Source: Chiloscyllium plagiosum
Lineage: Eukaryota
Direction: 5' to 3'
DNA length: 64,000 nucleotides
Assembly (NCBI RefSeq): GCF_004010195.1
Contig: NC_057726.1
Span: forward strand, 61,607,835 to 61,671,834
A program made the position numbers and the translations under genes. The notes under the pieces were generated by a model. It searched no databases and had not been told where the DNA came from. It saw only the letters and a program-made list of their open reading frames with translations. Shown piece after piece: positions 24,580 to 38,400 of the stretch (the first letter of the stretch is position 1; each line of letters begins with the position of its first letter).

Positions 24580-25080
24580 CAAGATTCACTCCTGTCTAAG
24601 GACAAGGTTGGCGATTGTCTCACTTCCAGACGAGAACAGCAGTACCGATGTTGGCATTCCAGTGCAGGATTGAACAAGTTCTACTGTCGGAAGCACTACT
24701 TTTCGGATGCGATGTTAAACCAAGTCGACATCCACCCTCTTGTGGTAACTTAAGGGATCCGATGCTACTACTGTGAAGTAGAGCTAAGCTGTTAACCCTA
24801 CTGTCTTCAATCTGTATCATTTAATCAGCATCTATCTGACGCACGCAGAGACACGCAGACACACACTCACGCACACAAGCGCGCGCACATACACACACGG
24901 AAATATACAGGAGTAACCGTTTACCTGGTCATCATCGCATTGTTAATTTGGGAATTTTGCAGTACGCGCGAATTGGCTGTGGTGTTTCGTACATCACCAC
25001 TGTGACTAAACTTAAAAAGTTGGCTGTGGCCACGTTAGGAAGTCCAGAGCATGTTAAAGGCGAGATATGAATATGTTTTT
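24580..25080 (+). mobile_element. Old DeuSINE-like remnant interrupted by a (CA)n-type microsatellite at about 24840..24898
   Basis: ggatgcgatgttaaaccaag..gggatccgatgctacta resembles the Deu domain; highly diverged. Confidence 0.4.
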
Positions 25081-25233
25081 CTGTAACGAAATCAAGACAG
25101 TTGACATCTTACTGTCAACTGATAAATTTGAAAATTTCCTTTGGATTTTATTTGTCCTGAAATATTGTGCGGCCTCTTTATTTCGACAAAGTTGGAAATC
25201 CTTCAAATGACTTCGTTTAATGTTAAAGCAGAC

Positions 25234-25252
25234 TGACCATTAGAGGTCGCTA
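25234..25252 (+). promoter_or_regulatory. Candidate CTCF site between genes A and B
   Basis: tgaccattagaggtcgcta matches the consensus TGGCCACCAGGGGGCGCTA at 14 of 19 positions. Confidence 0.35.
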
Positions 25253-26527
25253 TTTCCTTGCGAGATAGCGATGTTCTGCAGATATAACCGGTGGAAATGT
25301 ACGCCATCTCTCGCCATTAGTGTCAAGTTGTAAATTGTGGTTACATGTTTTAAAAGCCAATAAATGAAGTTGACTTTGGAATCTGAAGAGTGAAAATTGG
25401 TGACTGTATGTCTCTCCTCTGAAAAATGATAAGCGCTGGAAAGTAATTTGAACTTTTAACTTGTCTCCGAAGCGTGCTTTTTACCAGAACCACAATTCCA
25501 GTTTTCGCGTTGCCCTTAAGATTTCGGGGCACATTGCGATCTTCATGCTAAAACCTTACTGTTCTGCACAGGAGAATTGACATTCACTCAATTTGGTCGC
25601 TCTCCAGATGAACAGGTTAAAATATGAAGGAGAATGACACTATTTTGCAACAACAAAACCCCGAAAGAACTGTGGATGCAGGAAATCGGAAATAAGAGCA
25701 GAAATTGTTGGAAAAACTTAGCAGGTGTAGCAGCATCTGTGGAGAATAAGCGAGTTAAGGTTTCGGATCTGATGATCCTTCCTCAGAACTGAAATGATTT
25801 TATGCTTGAAACGTAAATTATTATTCTAGAAGATTAAGTGAAATAAAATTTAGCCCGATTTGTAAAGATATGTTGGAAACTACAGTAACGAATGATGCTT
25901 GATCTTGAATTTCGCAGGATGTTTTGATATGTATAACTATGAATGTGTACACCAGTCTGCAAAAGGAACAATCTGCAGGTTATGAAACTTCAAAATGAAA
26001 GGCAATGGTAAACGTGTACAACGTGAGTTTGAAGATATCAACGTGGAATTAATTGTGATAATAAAGACACCGAATCAGGCATTTGTACATTTTCTGCAAC
26101 GGCAATCCTAAAGCATCGAGCCCTAAATCCAATGTTAAATACAAGCCTAAGCAGATTTACATTAATTCTATTAATCTAACCCTTAATCCTAAAACATCGT
26201 GTTAACCCCACCCTTAAAACTAAACCTTGTGGTTTCATTGGCACACATAGCAGGTTATCGTGTCAGGTATGTTGATGGCATCTTTACACAAATTGGACGA
26301 GATCAGTAGTCATTGACAGATGGCCAACCTCCTCTTGGCAACAATTTTGCAAAGTGATATTGGTTGAGAATTATGAAACCGGAGCATCATAGGATGTACG
26401 ATATGATTACTTTTAGACACGACATTTGGTAAAAGCCTTGTCACTGAAAGGATCAGATGATTCTGAATGCATATTTACCAAAACCTTCTGCCATTAGGGT
26501 TTCTCCCCTGTCACGTGTTGGTCTCTT

Positions 26528-27597
26528 ATAGAGTCATAGAATCTCAGAGATGTACAGCACGGAAACATACCCTTCAGACCAACTCGTTTCTACCGACATT
26601 CTAAATTAATCTAGTCTCATTTAAATGACATAATAATATCCCTAGAGTATGGAAACAGGCCCTTCAGCCCAACAAGTTCACACCAACCCTCTGAAGAGTG
26701 ACCAACCCAGACGCATTCCTCTACCCTATTACTCCACATTTACCCCTGACTAGCGCACCGAACCTGCACATCGATGAGAACTATGGGTAATTTAGCATGG
26801 CCAATTCACCTAACGTGCACATCTTTGGATTGTGGAAGGAAACCCATGCAGACATGGGGAGAATGTGCAAACGCCACACGGACAGTCGCTCGAGGCTTGA
26901 ATCGAACCAGGGTCCCAGGCATTGTGAGGCAGAAGTGCTAACCACAGAGTTACTGTGTCGCTGCAATTTGCTGGCACTTGGTCAATATCCCTCTAAACCC
27001 TTCCTTTCAATGTACCCATTCAGACGCCTTTTAAACATTGTAATTGTATCAATCTTCATCATTTCCTGTGGCAGTTCATTCCATATGTGCACCACCCTCT
27101 GAATAAAGAAGATGTCCCTTAGGTCCCTTTTAAATTATCCCCTCTCACGCTAAACCTATGCCCTCTAGCTCTGGACTCACCCACTGCAGGTAAAAGACCT
27201 TGTCTATTTACTCTATCCATGCTCCTTATGATTTTACGAACATCTATAAGGTCAACCCTCAGTCTCCTACACTCATGGGAAAACAGCCCCAGCATATTCA
27301 GCCTCTCCCTGTAGCTCAAACACTCAAACCCTAGCAACAACCTTGTAAATCCTTCCTGAACCCTTTGAAGTTTTACAACATTCTTCCTATTGGAGGGAGA
27401 CCAGAATTGCACACAATATTCTAGAAGTGGCCTAACCAATATCCTGTACAGCTGCAACATGACCTCCAAACTCCTATACTGAATGCTCTGACCAATAAAG
27501 GGAAGCATACGAAACAGCTGCCTGACTATCCTATTTATCTGCGACTCCACTTTTAAGGAACTATGAATCTGCACTCCAAGGTCTCTTTGTCCAGCAT
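26528..27597 (-). mobile_element. CR1-like LINE 3' fragment with a nested HE1-like SINE (about 26648..26960)
   Basis: ORF 27119..27604 QRDLGVQIH..RPLLEYCVQFWSP. The SINE interrupts the 3' UTR. Confidence 0.85.
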
Positions 27598-27875
27598 ACG
27601 GCATTTTGTCAACTAATTAATGAAGAGTAATTTTAATATGACGCCATTATAATGCGATCATGAGGACATTGCAAGGGGAACTAGACAGATTTTAATATTT
27701 TTGTCCAGACAACATCAAAACTGCCGACAGAGTGGAGGAATACCACATCGTGGTGAAACAGTCTGGGAATGATTTCTCAAATGTAGAAAAGGCCACAGTG
27801 TAAGCAGAAATTGAAAATGCTAGTTGATAGAAATGCAAGTAAATCGTTATTTCAATAGCAGTCAGTCTTAGAATC

Positions 27876-28185
27876 TTAGAATCCCTACAGTGTGGAAACA
27901 GGCCCATTGGCCTAACAAGTCCACATGGGCCCTATAAAGAGTATCGCACCCAAACCCATTACTGTATATTGACCTCTGACCACTACACCTAAACTACACA
28001 TCCCTGAACGGTATGGTCAATTTAGTATGGCCAATTCACCTAGCCTGCACTTCTTTAGATTGTGGGAGGAAACCGGAGCACTTGGAATAAGCCCATGCAG
28101 ACATGAGGAGAAAGTGCAACCTCCACACAGACAGTCGCCCAAGGTTGGAATCTAATCTGATTCCCTGGCGCTGTGAAGCAGCAGT
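27876..28185 (-). mobile_element. HE1-like SINE
   Basis: Homologous to the other SINE copies in the window. Confidence 0.8.
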
Positions 28186-29333
28186 CATTAGTGTATATGT
28201 ACATGTTACTTAAATAGTATTAAAATGTATTTTGTGAAATTTACAGATACAACGGAAAAAAATGCAATTTTATCTGGACTTGAGCTATTGAGTTTCATGG
28301 TCCTGAATGTTAATAAACCACAAGCATTTTTATTTTATTGTGCCTATTATGTGTGTCCAACATCCTTCTCTTGATAATTACTTAGCACAATGGGGGAAAT
28401 GAGTTGAGTTCCCTCTTAAAAGAAATGTGAGAATTAAATGCTTTGCATTAGTCATTGGCATGGACATCACTGGCTAAGTTTATATTTATTATCCATCCCA
28501 AATCACCCTTGCAGATTGTGGTGAGCTGACTTTTGATTGCTTCAGTCCTTTGTGTGTAAGTACTCCCATACTATTGTTCAGAGGACAGTCAAGGATGTTA
28601 ATTCAGGAAGAAATGAGGATGTAATGCAGGCTGGTGTGCGGTTTGGAGAGGAGCATCTGCTGCTCTTGTCCTTCCAGATGGTCAAGGTCATGGGACTAAA
28701 AGTTGCTGTTGGAGGTGTCTTGGAGAGTTGCTATAATGCAACTTGCAGATAGTCCCTGTAAATCAAACGTGGAGGAATTGAATGTAGAAAGTATTGGATT
28801 GGATGCCTTTCACATAGGCTGCTTCACCTTGGATGGTGTTGAGCTTCTTGGCTGATAGATATGCACTCATGCAGGCAAATAGAGACTATTTCATGATGCT
28901 CCTGACTTATGCCTTATAGATGATGAAAAGGCATTCACATGTCACGAAGCAAATTACTGGCTGCATAAATCTTTGCCTTTCAATTGTTCTTGCAATGCCA
29001 GTATTTATTTAGAGTGCTGATAATGTTTTATAATGAGATTCATTTAAGTCATGTAAGAGCAGAGGCACCAGTCTCGAATAAGCATACAAAGAACCTTACA
29101 CAGTAAAATGAAGAGTTGTATTAGAGAACTTACGTACAAATGTACCATTAAACAATGAAAGTGAAAATTACCACTTCACCCTCCCTTCTTACCATGCACG
29201 AGTAATGTTACATATCATTTCAATAGTTAGCCACTATAAATGAAACAGTGATAGATATCAATTGTATGGTATATGACTGGATATCCTCGGCTTCCAACCA
29301 TAAATAATTCACTACTTCTGTTTTTCTAGATTC

Positions 29334-29475
29334 TCAGCTTCTTTTATTCGTTGCCAGCTTTATACCTGCATATACTGTGCATTTAGTCCAGCGATATAGG
29401 TGGTGATTTGTGTTTTGGAATTAGCAAGTTTCAAGTGGCATAAGCCAAATTGTCATCTCGGCTTCCTTGTTTAGT
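29334..29475 (-). CDS. Gene B terminal exon: coding to TGA at 29431 (TKQGSRDDNLAYAT*), followed by a frameshifted ITIM/ITSM relic
   Basis: Same acceptor as gene A exon 7 (ttactttcacag). A 1-nt deletion lies inside the ITIM, and relic CTVYAGIKLATNKRS* sits in another frame. Confidence 0.7.
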
Positions 29476-32400
29476 CTGTGAAAGTAATGTTTGATATCTA
29501 TTGTTAGTGCATTGTCACTCACTACTTAAGATTATCATGGTTGAAAATAAAGGCTGTTAGCAAATTTCCTTTCAATTCCCAATTTGCCTCATGACCTCTA
29601 TTACGCAGAAGGACAAGAGAAAAAGATACCTTGGGATGTCACCATCTCCATACTGACTTGGAATTATACCACTGCCCCTTCACAGTCGCTGATCAAAGTA
29701 ATCAAACTCTTTTCCTAACAGTATTATAGGTGTCTCAACACCACATGGAGTGCAAAGGTTCCAGACGACAACCCACTGTTACCTCCTCAAGATCAATTAG
29801 ATGGGCAAGAAGTGTTGGCCGAGTCAGTGCTCCCCACATGTCATGAATGAACATGAACTTGAGTAAGAGCAATGTCGAGACACTAAAAACAGAATATGGC
29901 CTATCAAGTCTAAAGGCTTTTTGTGAGGTAAGTCAGTCATCCTACTCCTTTATTTGATCACGGTAGCCCTACCCTGTAGCCCCTTTCTTCAAGTGCTCAT
30001 CCAATTCCCTTTTGAAACAATTGATGGTCTCTGCTTCCACCACCCTAATGGGCTATATGTTCCAGGCCAATATCACTCAAATTTCCTTGGATTTCCTCTA
30101 CATGGATTTTCCAAGATCCCAAATGTATTTTCCCAAGATTTTGTGCTGTCAATTAGTGGGACAGGTTTTTCCTTGTCTCCCTTATCTAAAGGTACTATAA
30201 ACTTGAACACCTTTATGATGTCATACCCTCCTCAATCTCCTTTCATCAAGGCCAATAATCTCATCTTTTCCAAGCTGATCATGCATCTACTATTTATGAT
30301 CTCTAATACTTACGAAGTGTATCTCATATGCACCCGCTCAGGACCTACTTTTCCTCAACAGTGAAGACAAGAGGTTGATTCAGTATTCTGCTCATTCATA
30401 GTGCCTCTGCTCTTTCAGAGTATTTATTGATTTATTTAAAAGTAGACACTGATTAATGGACTATAAACTACTTCCGTTTGAAAAATCTTTTCCTTGCTTT
30501 CTCTCACCTCCATCCACAGATGTTTTGCCATATTTATTTTCTGAACAAAGGTGATTTCTCATGACTGTACTGCTCATACATTTATTAACAGAGCCATATC
30601 CTTTGTTTTGATGCTGTCCTTGTGTAAGGTCACACACCTTTTAATATATATTATCCAGTTTTGGTTATCTTGCAAACACGTCTCTACAATGTTATCATAT
30701 CAGAGCTGTTTTTCTGTACTCATGTGATCACTTCATCAAGCCTGTAACAAATTCTTGGTTTGAGACGAAAAAACCATGCAGATTCTGGAATCCAAGGTAG
30801 ACAGTCAGGAGGCTGGAAGAGCACAGCAGGCCAGGCAGCCATCAGGAGGTGGAGGGAGTTTACATGTTACTGAGGATTATATCTGCAATAAATGCCGTTG
30901 GTTGCAAATCCGATCAGATCGAATGGATCAGTTGGAAAGATAGTTAGAGGCAATGCAGAACTTACAAGAACAAGGGAATGTGATGGATGGCAGTTGTAGG
31001 AAGGGGGGAAAGTCGCAGATCCAGTCACACAGATGGTTTAACTCTCTGAAAGGCAAGAGTGGTTGGCAGGTAGTGCAGAAGTCTTCTGTGACTATCCCCA
31101 TTTCAAACAAGTATGCTGTTTTGGAAAATGCATGAGGTAATGGATTCTCAGGGGAATGCAACATGAACAACCAAGGTTTTGGTATTGAGACTGGTTCTTA
31201 GGTAATGAGGGGTACATCGGGTTCCAAGATATCGATTGTGTTAGGTGACTCTCTCGTCCGAAGTACAGACAGATGTTTCTGTGGTCAGCAGTGGAAAATC
31301 AGAATGATTTGTTGCTTCCCTGGTGCCAGGACCAAGTGTGTCTCAGTGAGGGTACAGAATGTTCTCATGGGGGATGGGGCCAGCAGAAGATCATTGGACA
31401 CATTGGAAACAATGACATAGGAAGGGAAAAGGATGAGATTCCGCAGGGAGATGACCGTGAGTTAGGCAGGAATTTAAAAAGGAGGTCTTCGAGAGTAGTA
31501 ATATCTGGATTACTCCCAGTACTATGAGCTCGTGAGGGCAGGAATGCGAGGATAGAGCAGATGAACGCATGGCTGAGGAGCTGGTGTATTGGAGATGGAT
31601 TCACATTTTTGGATCATTGGAATCTCTTTTGGGGTAGAAGTGATCTGTACAAGAAGGATGGATTGTGCCTAAATTGGAGGGGGGCTAATATAGTGGCTGG
31701 GAGATTTGGTCGAGCTGCTTGGGAGGATTTAAACTAGGAAGGTGGGGAGGTGGGACCCAGGGAGACAGTAAGGAAAGAGATCAATCTGAGACTCGTACTG
31801 TTGAGAACAGCAGCCAGTCAAACAGTCAGGGCATGCAGGAACAAAGCAGAGAACAAGGTAGGACTGATAAATTAAACTGCATTTATTTCAATGCAATGAC
31901 CTAAACAGGGAAGGCACATGGACTCAGGGCACGGTTAGGAACATGGGACTGGAATATCATAGCAATTACAGAAACATGGCTCAGGGGTAGACAGGACTGT
32001 CAGCTTAATATCCAGGATACAAATTCTACAGGAAGGACAGAAAGGGAGGCAAGAGAGATGGGGGAGTAGTGTTTTTGATAAGCGATAGCATTATAGCTGT
32101 ACCGAGGGAAGATATTCCTAGAAATACATCCAGGGAAGGTATTTGGGTGGAACTGAGAAATAAGAAAGGGATGATCACCTTATTGAGATTGTATTATCGA
32201 CTCCCTAATAGTCAGAGTGAAATTGAGAAACAAATTTGTAAGGAGATCTCAGTTACCTGTAGAAATAATGGGGTGGTTATGGTAGGGGATTTTAACTTTC
32301 CAAACATCGACTGGGACAGCCATAGTGTTAAGGGTTTAGTTGGAGAAGAATTTGTTCAGTCTGGACAAGAAAATCTTCTGAGTCAGTATGTGGATGTACC

Positions 32401-35400
32401 TACGAGAGAAGATACAAAACTTGACCTATTCTTGGCAAATAAGGCAGGGCAGGTGACTGAGGTGTCAGCGACCATAATTCTATTAGTTTTAAAATAGTGA
32501 TGGAAAAGGATAGATCAGATCTAAAAGTTGAAGTTGAAAATTGGAAAAAGGCCAATTCTGATGGTATTAGGCAAGAAGTTTCAAAGTCTGATTGGGGGCA
32601 AATGTTCGCAGGGAAAGTGATGGCTGGAAAATGGGAAGCCTTCAGAAATTAGATAACGAGAGTCCAGAGACAGTGTATTCCTGTTAGGGTGAAAGGAAAG
32701 GCTGGTAGGTGTAGGTAATGCTGGATGACTAAAGAAATTGAGGGTTTGGTTCAGAAAAAGAAGGAAAGTATAGACAGAATAGATTAAGAGAATCCTCAGA
32801 AGAGTATAAAGGCAGTAGGTGTATACTTAAGAGGAAAATGACGAGGTCAAAAATGGGACATGAGATAGCTTTGGCAATTCACGTTAAGGAGAACCCAAAG
32901 GGTTTTTACAAATACATTAAGGACAAAATGATAATTAGGGAGAGAATAGAGGTTGCTCAAAGCTCAGGAAAGTGGACTTTGTGTTGAACCGCAGGAGATG
33001 TGGGAGATATTAAACGAATCTGTTGTATCAATATTTGCTGTGGAAAAGGACATGGAAGGTATAGAAAGTAGGGAAATAGCTAGTGACATCTTGAAAAATA
33101 TCCATATTACAGAGGAAGAAGTGCTGGATGTCTTGACATGCATAAAAGTGGATAAACCCCCAGGACCTGATCAGGTGTACCCTAGAACTCTGTGGGAATC
33201 TAGGGGAATGATTGCTGGGTCTTTTACTGAGGTATTTGTATCACTGAAAATCACAGGTGAGGTACTGGTAAACTGGAAGTTGGCTAACGTGGTGGAAAAG
33301 TTTAAGAAATGTGGTAAGGACAAGCTAGGGAACTATAGACCAGTGAGCCTGATGTTGGTAGTGGGCAATTTGTTGGAGGGAATCCTGAGGGATAGGATGT
33401 ACATGTATTTGGAAAGGCAAGGACTGATGTGGGATAGGCAACATGGCTTCGTGTATAGGAAATCATGTCTCACAAACTTGATTGAGTTTTTTGAAGAAAC
33501 ATCTCTATGACTATGACTCGAAGTTACAAAGAGGATTGATGACGGCAGAGCAGTAGCAGTGATCTATATGGATCTCAGTAAGGCGTTCGACAAGCTTCCC
33601 AATGGGAGACTGGTTAGCATGTTTAGATCTCATGGAATGCAGGGAGAACTAGCCATTTGGATGCAGAACTGGCTCAAAGGTAAAAGACAAAGGGTGGTCG
33701 TGGAGGCTTGTTTTTCAGACTGTAAGCCTGTGACCAGTCAAGTTCTACAAGGGTCAGTGCTGGGTCCACTACATTTGATCATTTAGATGAATGATTTGGA
33801 TGTGAGCATAAGAGGTATAGTTAGTAAGTTTGCAGATAACACCAAAATTGGAGGTGTACTGGACAGCAAAGATAGTTACCTCAGATTATAACGGGATCTT
33901 GATCAGAAGGGCCAATGGGCTAAGAAGTGGCAGATTGAGTTTAATTTAGATAAATGCGAGGTGCTGCATTTTGGAAAGCAAACCTTAGCAGGACTTATAT
34001 ACTTACTGGAAACGGTCCTCAAGAGTGTTGCTGAGCAAAGAGACCTTGGAGTGTAGGTTCACAGCTCCTTGAAAGTGAAGTTGCAGGCAGATAGGATAGT
34101 GAAGAAGGCGTTTGGTATGCTTTCCTTTGTTGGTCAGAGTATTGAGTACAGGAGTTGGGAGGTCATGTTATGGCTGTACAGGACATTGGTTAGGCCACTG
34201 TGCAATTCTGGTCTCCTTCCAATGGGAAGGATGTTGTGAAACTTGAAATGGATCAGAAAAGATTTATATGGATGTTGCCAGGGTTGGAGGATTTGCGCTA
34301 TAAAGAGAGGTTGAATAGGCTGGGGCTGGTTTCCCTGCAGCGTCAGAGGCAGAGGGGTTTCCTTCTAGAGGTTTATAAAATCATGGTGGGCGTGGATCAG
34401 ATAAATAGACAAAGTCTTTTCCCTGGTGTAGGGGAGTCCAGAACTAGAGGGCATAGGTTCACGGTAAGAGGGGAACGATATAAAAGAGAGCTAATGGGCA
34501 ACTTTTTCACACAGAGGGTGGTATGTACATGGAACAAGCTGCCAGAGGAAGTGGTGGAGCCTAGTGGAATTGCAACATTTAACAATCATCTGGATGGGTA
34601 TATGAATAGGAAAGGTTTAGAGCGATATGGACTGGGTGCTGGCAGGTGGGACTAGACTGGGTTGGGTTACCTGGTCGGCATGGACAAGTTAGACCAAAGT
34701 ACCTATTGCCATGCTGTACGTCTCTGACTCTATGACTCTAAGTCGACATTTCAAATGTAACCTGAAGAACGTTTACATCCGAAACGTCGACTCCTCCACC
34801 TCCTTATGCTGCCTGGTGTCAGTTACGAATTCTGTCTACTTCAGTAGAACAGGCCTTAATCTGACCTTTTGCATCATCAGAATTTGTAGATATATTACTC
34901 TATGTCTCTTAATCTAAATGATTTAAATAGATCACAAAATTGCAGAAATAACAGTGTGCCGAATTGAAAACGTTCAGTTTGTCCTCACTCTTTGCTTCAT
35001 ATCTTCTAAACTATTCTCTATCGATGTATATGTATTACCTGAACTCTATCAGTTCTTGTTTTTCTCTTGAACATGTTGAATGCCTCTTGGAAGTCTCTGC
35101 ACACAGTATTTGTAAGTTTCCTGTTTTCTACCTTGCAAGATAAAGTTCCAAATTCTCTAAAATACTTGCCAAACATGATTTCTCTTTTGACAAGATATTT
35201 TGACTTGTGCTAATCCTACTACACATTTCTAACTGCATTTTTTATACTCTTTTAATAGTATGTTGCAGACCTTTGTTAAGGAATAATGTCAGGTGAACGG
35301 CCCTGCAGTTCCCTGTTTTCCCTTTCTTTTTCCTTGAAAGTGAAGTTATATTTTCCAACTCTCAATCTGATGCGAATACTTTTGGAAATAAGGAATTTTG

Positions 35401-38400
35401 TTTGACCATTGTTCACATAGATGTCTTCATTTCCTGTGAAACTGTCTGTTGTCTCTGTTTGTGAGTGCAAATATTTACTTTGGGATGTCTCTTTTTTGTA
35501 TACTTAATAATGGTCTTACAATCAAATTTTATATTTTTAGCTAGTTTGCTCCCCCCCCCATTTTATCAATTTTTTGATGCATTCTAATATCATATTTAAC
35601 TTATTGAGTGAGTCATGGATGATGTTCCTGACTGAGTTTTTATTATTTAACTAACTAAATTTTGCTCAGCATCTTGAATTGGGTCTTTAAATCCTTCCCA
35701 CTGTGCATTTAATTATCAGCATAATAAAGTTATATAATCAACCTATTTTCACTGCATTTTGATATAATTGATATTGTTTAAGTTAATGATTCATGCTCAT
35801 GATTGGAACTTTGAAACCTAATATGGAATTCAATGGTTTTGTGGTAATTATTTCCTGGCAGACTTAGTAATTAATAAAACATTATAATTATAATTAATAA
35901 TAATTATGATAGCTAGATAGATTAGTTATCTATGATAACTTCATCCAGAGGCAGCTGTAAAATGCATTGCTGCATGAAGTGATCACAAAAAACTCTGCAA
36001 ACTTCTCTTCCAGATTGTCCTTTAAAAAATTTAATTGACACTCCCGATGTGAAGGTTAAATTTACCCAGGACAAATACATTTCCTTTGTGTCAAACTGCA
36101 AAGGTTTAGTTCTATGTTTGGTCCACAATACACTTTCTGTCATGTGTCCTAAAAACTGCTCCAGCTATCATTTTCTGACTCCTGATATTTCCATTTACCA
36201 CGGAGTGTGATTCTGTTTTGTGATTTTCTTTCCAATGTTGCTGCAACAGGAGTGATTCCAGCCTTGGGTGACTGCCTGTGTGGAGTTTGCACATTCAACC
36301 CATGTCTGCGTGGGTTTCCTCTGGGCGATCTGGTTTCCTTCCACAGTCCAAAGATGTGCGGGTCAGGTGGATTGGCCATTCTAAATTGCCCATAATATTA
36401 GGAGAATTAGTCAGAGGGAAATGGGTCTGGGTGGGTTAATCTTCGGAGGGTCGGTGTGGACTGGTTTGGCCGATTAGGGAATCTAATCTAAAAAAAATCC
36501 TTCTTATGAGAGCCACCTTCCACTTTTACAATGTTGAATTCCTCTTGAAATGTGTGTACCTTGGAATATTTATTCCCCAACCTTGGTCACCTTGTAGTCA
36601 TATCTCAACAGTAGCGATCCAATCAATTTACAATACCTATATTTGTGTAATGAACACACCTATTTTCTTGAAGGTGCTTCATGCATTTAGAAGAAAAGAG
36701 CCTTTAATTCCACTACTTTGCTTCTTATTCTTGCATTGACTTTATTCACAGATGCAGAACTGAAGCTAACTTACAGTCCCATCCTGTTTTTTTTTTAACT
36801 ACATCTCTCCATTGTTCTATTGTCTTCATGTCTTATTCTATCTCTTTGGATTGCTCAATCTCGGTTCACCATAACTGTCTCTCTCTACTACTTTAATACC
36901 TGACGACAGCTCTCGTAATTGCAATTGTCCCACTGAGTTTAAGTAGCGCCCACATAAATGAAATGGCTTCCTGTTTCGCAAATGATCAAAACCCTTTTGT
37001 CCAACAGCATTGCTTGAACCATATGTCGAAGTCTCTAATCTGCTGTATGCTATGTCAACTGGTAACAGGCCAGAGATTATTACCTGATAATTTGTGCACT
37101 GTTAATTTGGGCATTTTAAAACTCAGCAGAGCATTATTCCTTGCATTGGTTTCTATGACAACGAGATCGTCCCATCTCACTACAGGTTCCTTCAAGGTCA
37201 TGGGGAGATGACCTTAACCTTGGAACAAGGCATGTCACACAGCATTTCAAGTTCCCAGTGATGATGATCATAATTTGGCCGGGTTGTGCTATGCAAGTGT
37301 TTCAATTTAGCAACTAAGCACCTGGGAATTTCCTATTTTTTAAGCTGTTTGAATTATAAAGATTAGAATGAGAAGTCTCTTCTTTAAATTAGCTGCCTGA
37401 AAGCATGTCCTAGTTAATTACCAGAGACAGAAAAGTGCTTTTCTGGCAGGGTAAGGAAGTAGACATTGAGTTTTCTTCATTCAGAATGCGTACACAATAA
37501 GAATGTAACTGCCAGAAGAGAGTGCAGAAGAGATCTACTAGAATGGTGTCAGGAATGGGGAACTTCATTAATCCTGGGTAGACTAGACAATTTATGATTG
37601 AATTGCGCAGGGCGGAAAAAACCAAAGGGACGATTGTTTCAAGTTTTTTACAATTACGAGAGATTTCAATAAAGCAAAAATGATTTCAATTGTTGATCTG
37701 TCAGCATGCAGAGGATAAATTTACAATTACTGATAGAATAACTATGGGATTACGAAGATTTATTTTGTGGAAACCTCTATAGTACTTTTGAATATCTGGC
37801 AGAAGCAAAGTTAGTAGAAATTAAAAAAAAATGAAGAAAAGATTACCTAAAATGCAAAAATACAGAGCTAGGTACAAAGAGTGAGGAGCTGGGCTGATTG
37901 ATTAGTTATTTTCTAAGACCTACCCAACAGTAACAGTCTCCTTTAGTCTATGATTCAATAAATGTTCTCAGCTGATTGCAATACTTCTTGCTATTCCTTC
38001 ATAACTGTTCTTCTATGAAGAAAGATTATGCCCTTACCAGCTGTTGAGTTTCATCCACTTCTACAGAATGTTTCCTAACACCTAAAGGAAAGAAAAGAAA
38101 TCTATACTGAATGTAAAATATAATAACACAATTATAGCAATGAATAAATGAATATATTGGAGCTGATTCAGAGGAGGCTTACTCGATTGACACTTGGAAA
38201 TAACTGGTTGTTTCATGAGGATAAGTTCAATAGACTCGGTTTCTTTCCACTGGAGTTTGGAACAATAAGAGGTGATCTGATTGCAGTGTATCAGTTACTG
38301 AACTATTTGACAAGATGGACATAGAAAGAATACTTTCTTTTGTGGATGAATCCAGAACAATGGGATACAGTGTACCAATTAGAGATTGTCCTTTAGAGAC

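Noticed and set aside
32069-34655. Several plus-strand ORFs as host genes
   Set aside because: They are broken pieces of CR1 ORF2.
35042-35130. Exon-like segment with AG/GT ends on the minus strand
   Set aside because: Translates to a decayed LINE RT motif (DFQEAF).
37322-37409. Possible gene B homolog of exon 6 (shares cctgggaatt)
   Set aside because: Only a 10-bp match, 88 nt long (frame-breaking) and with a weak donor.
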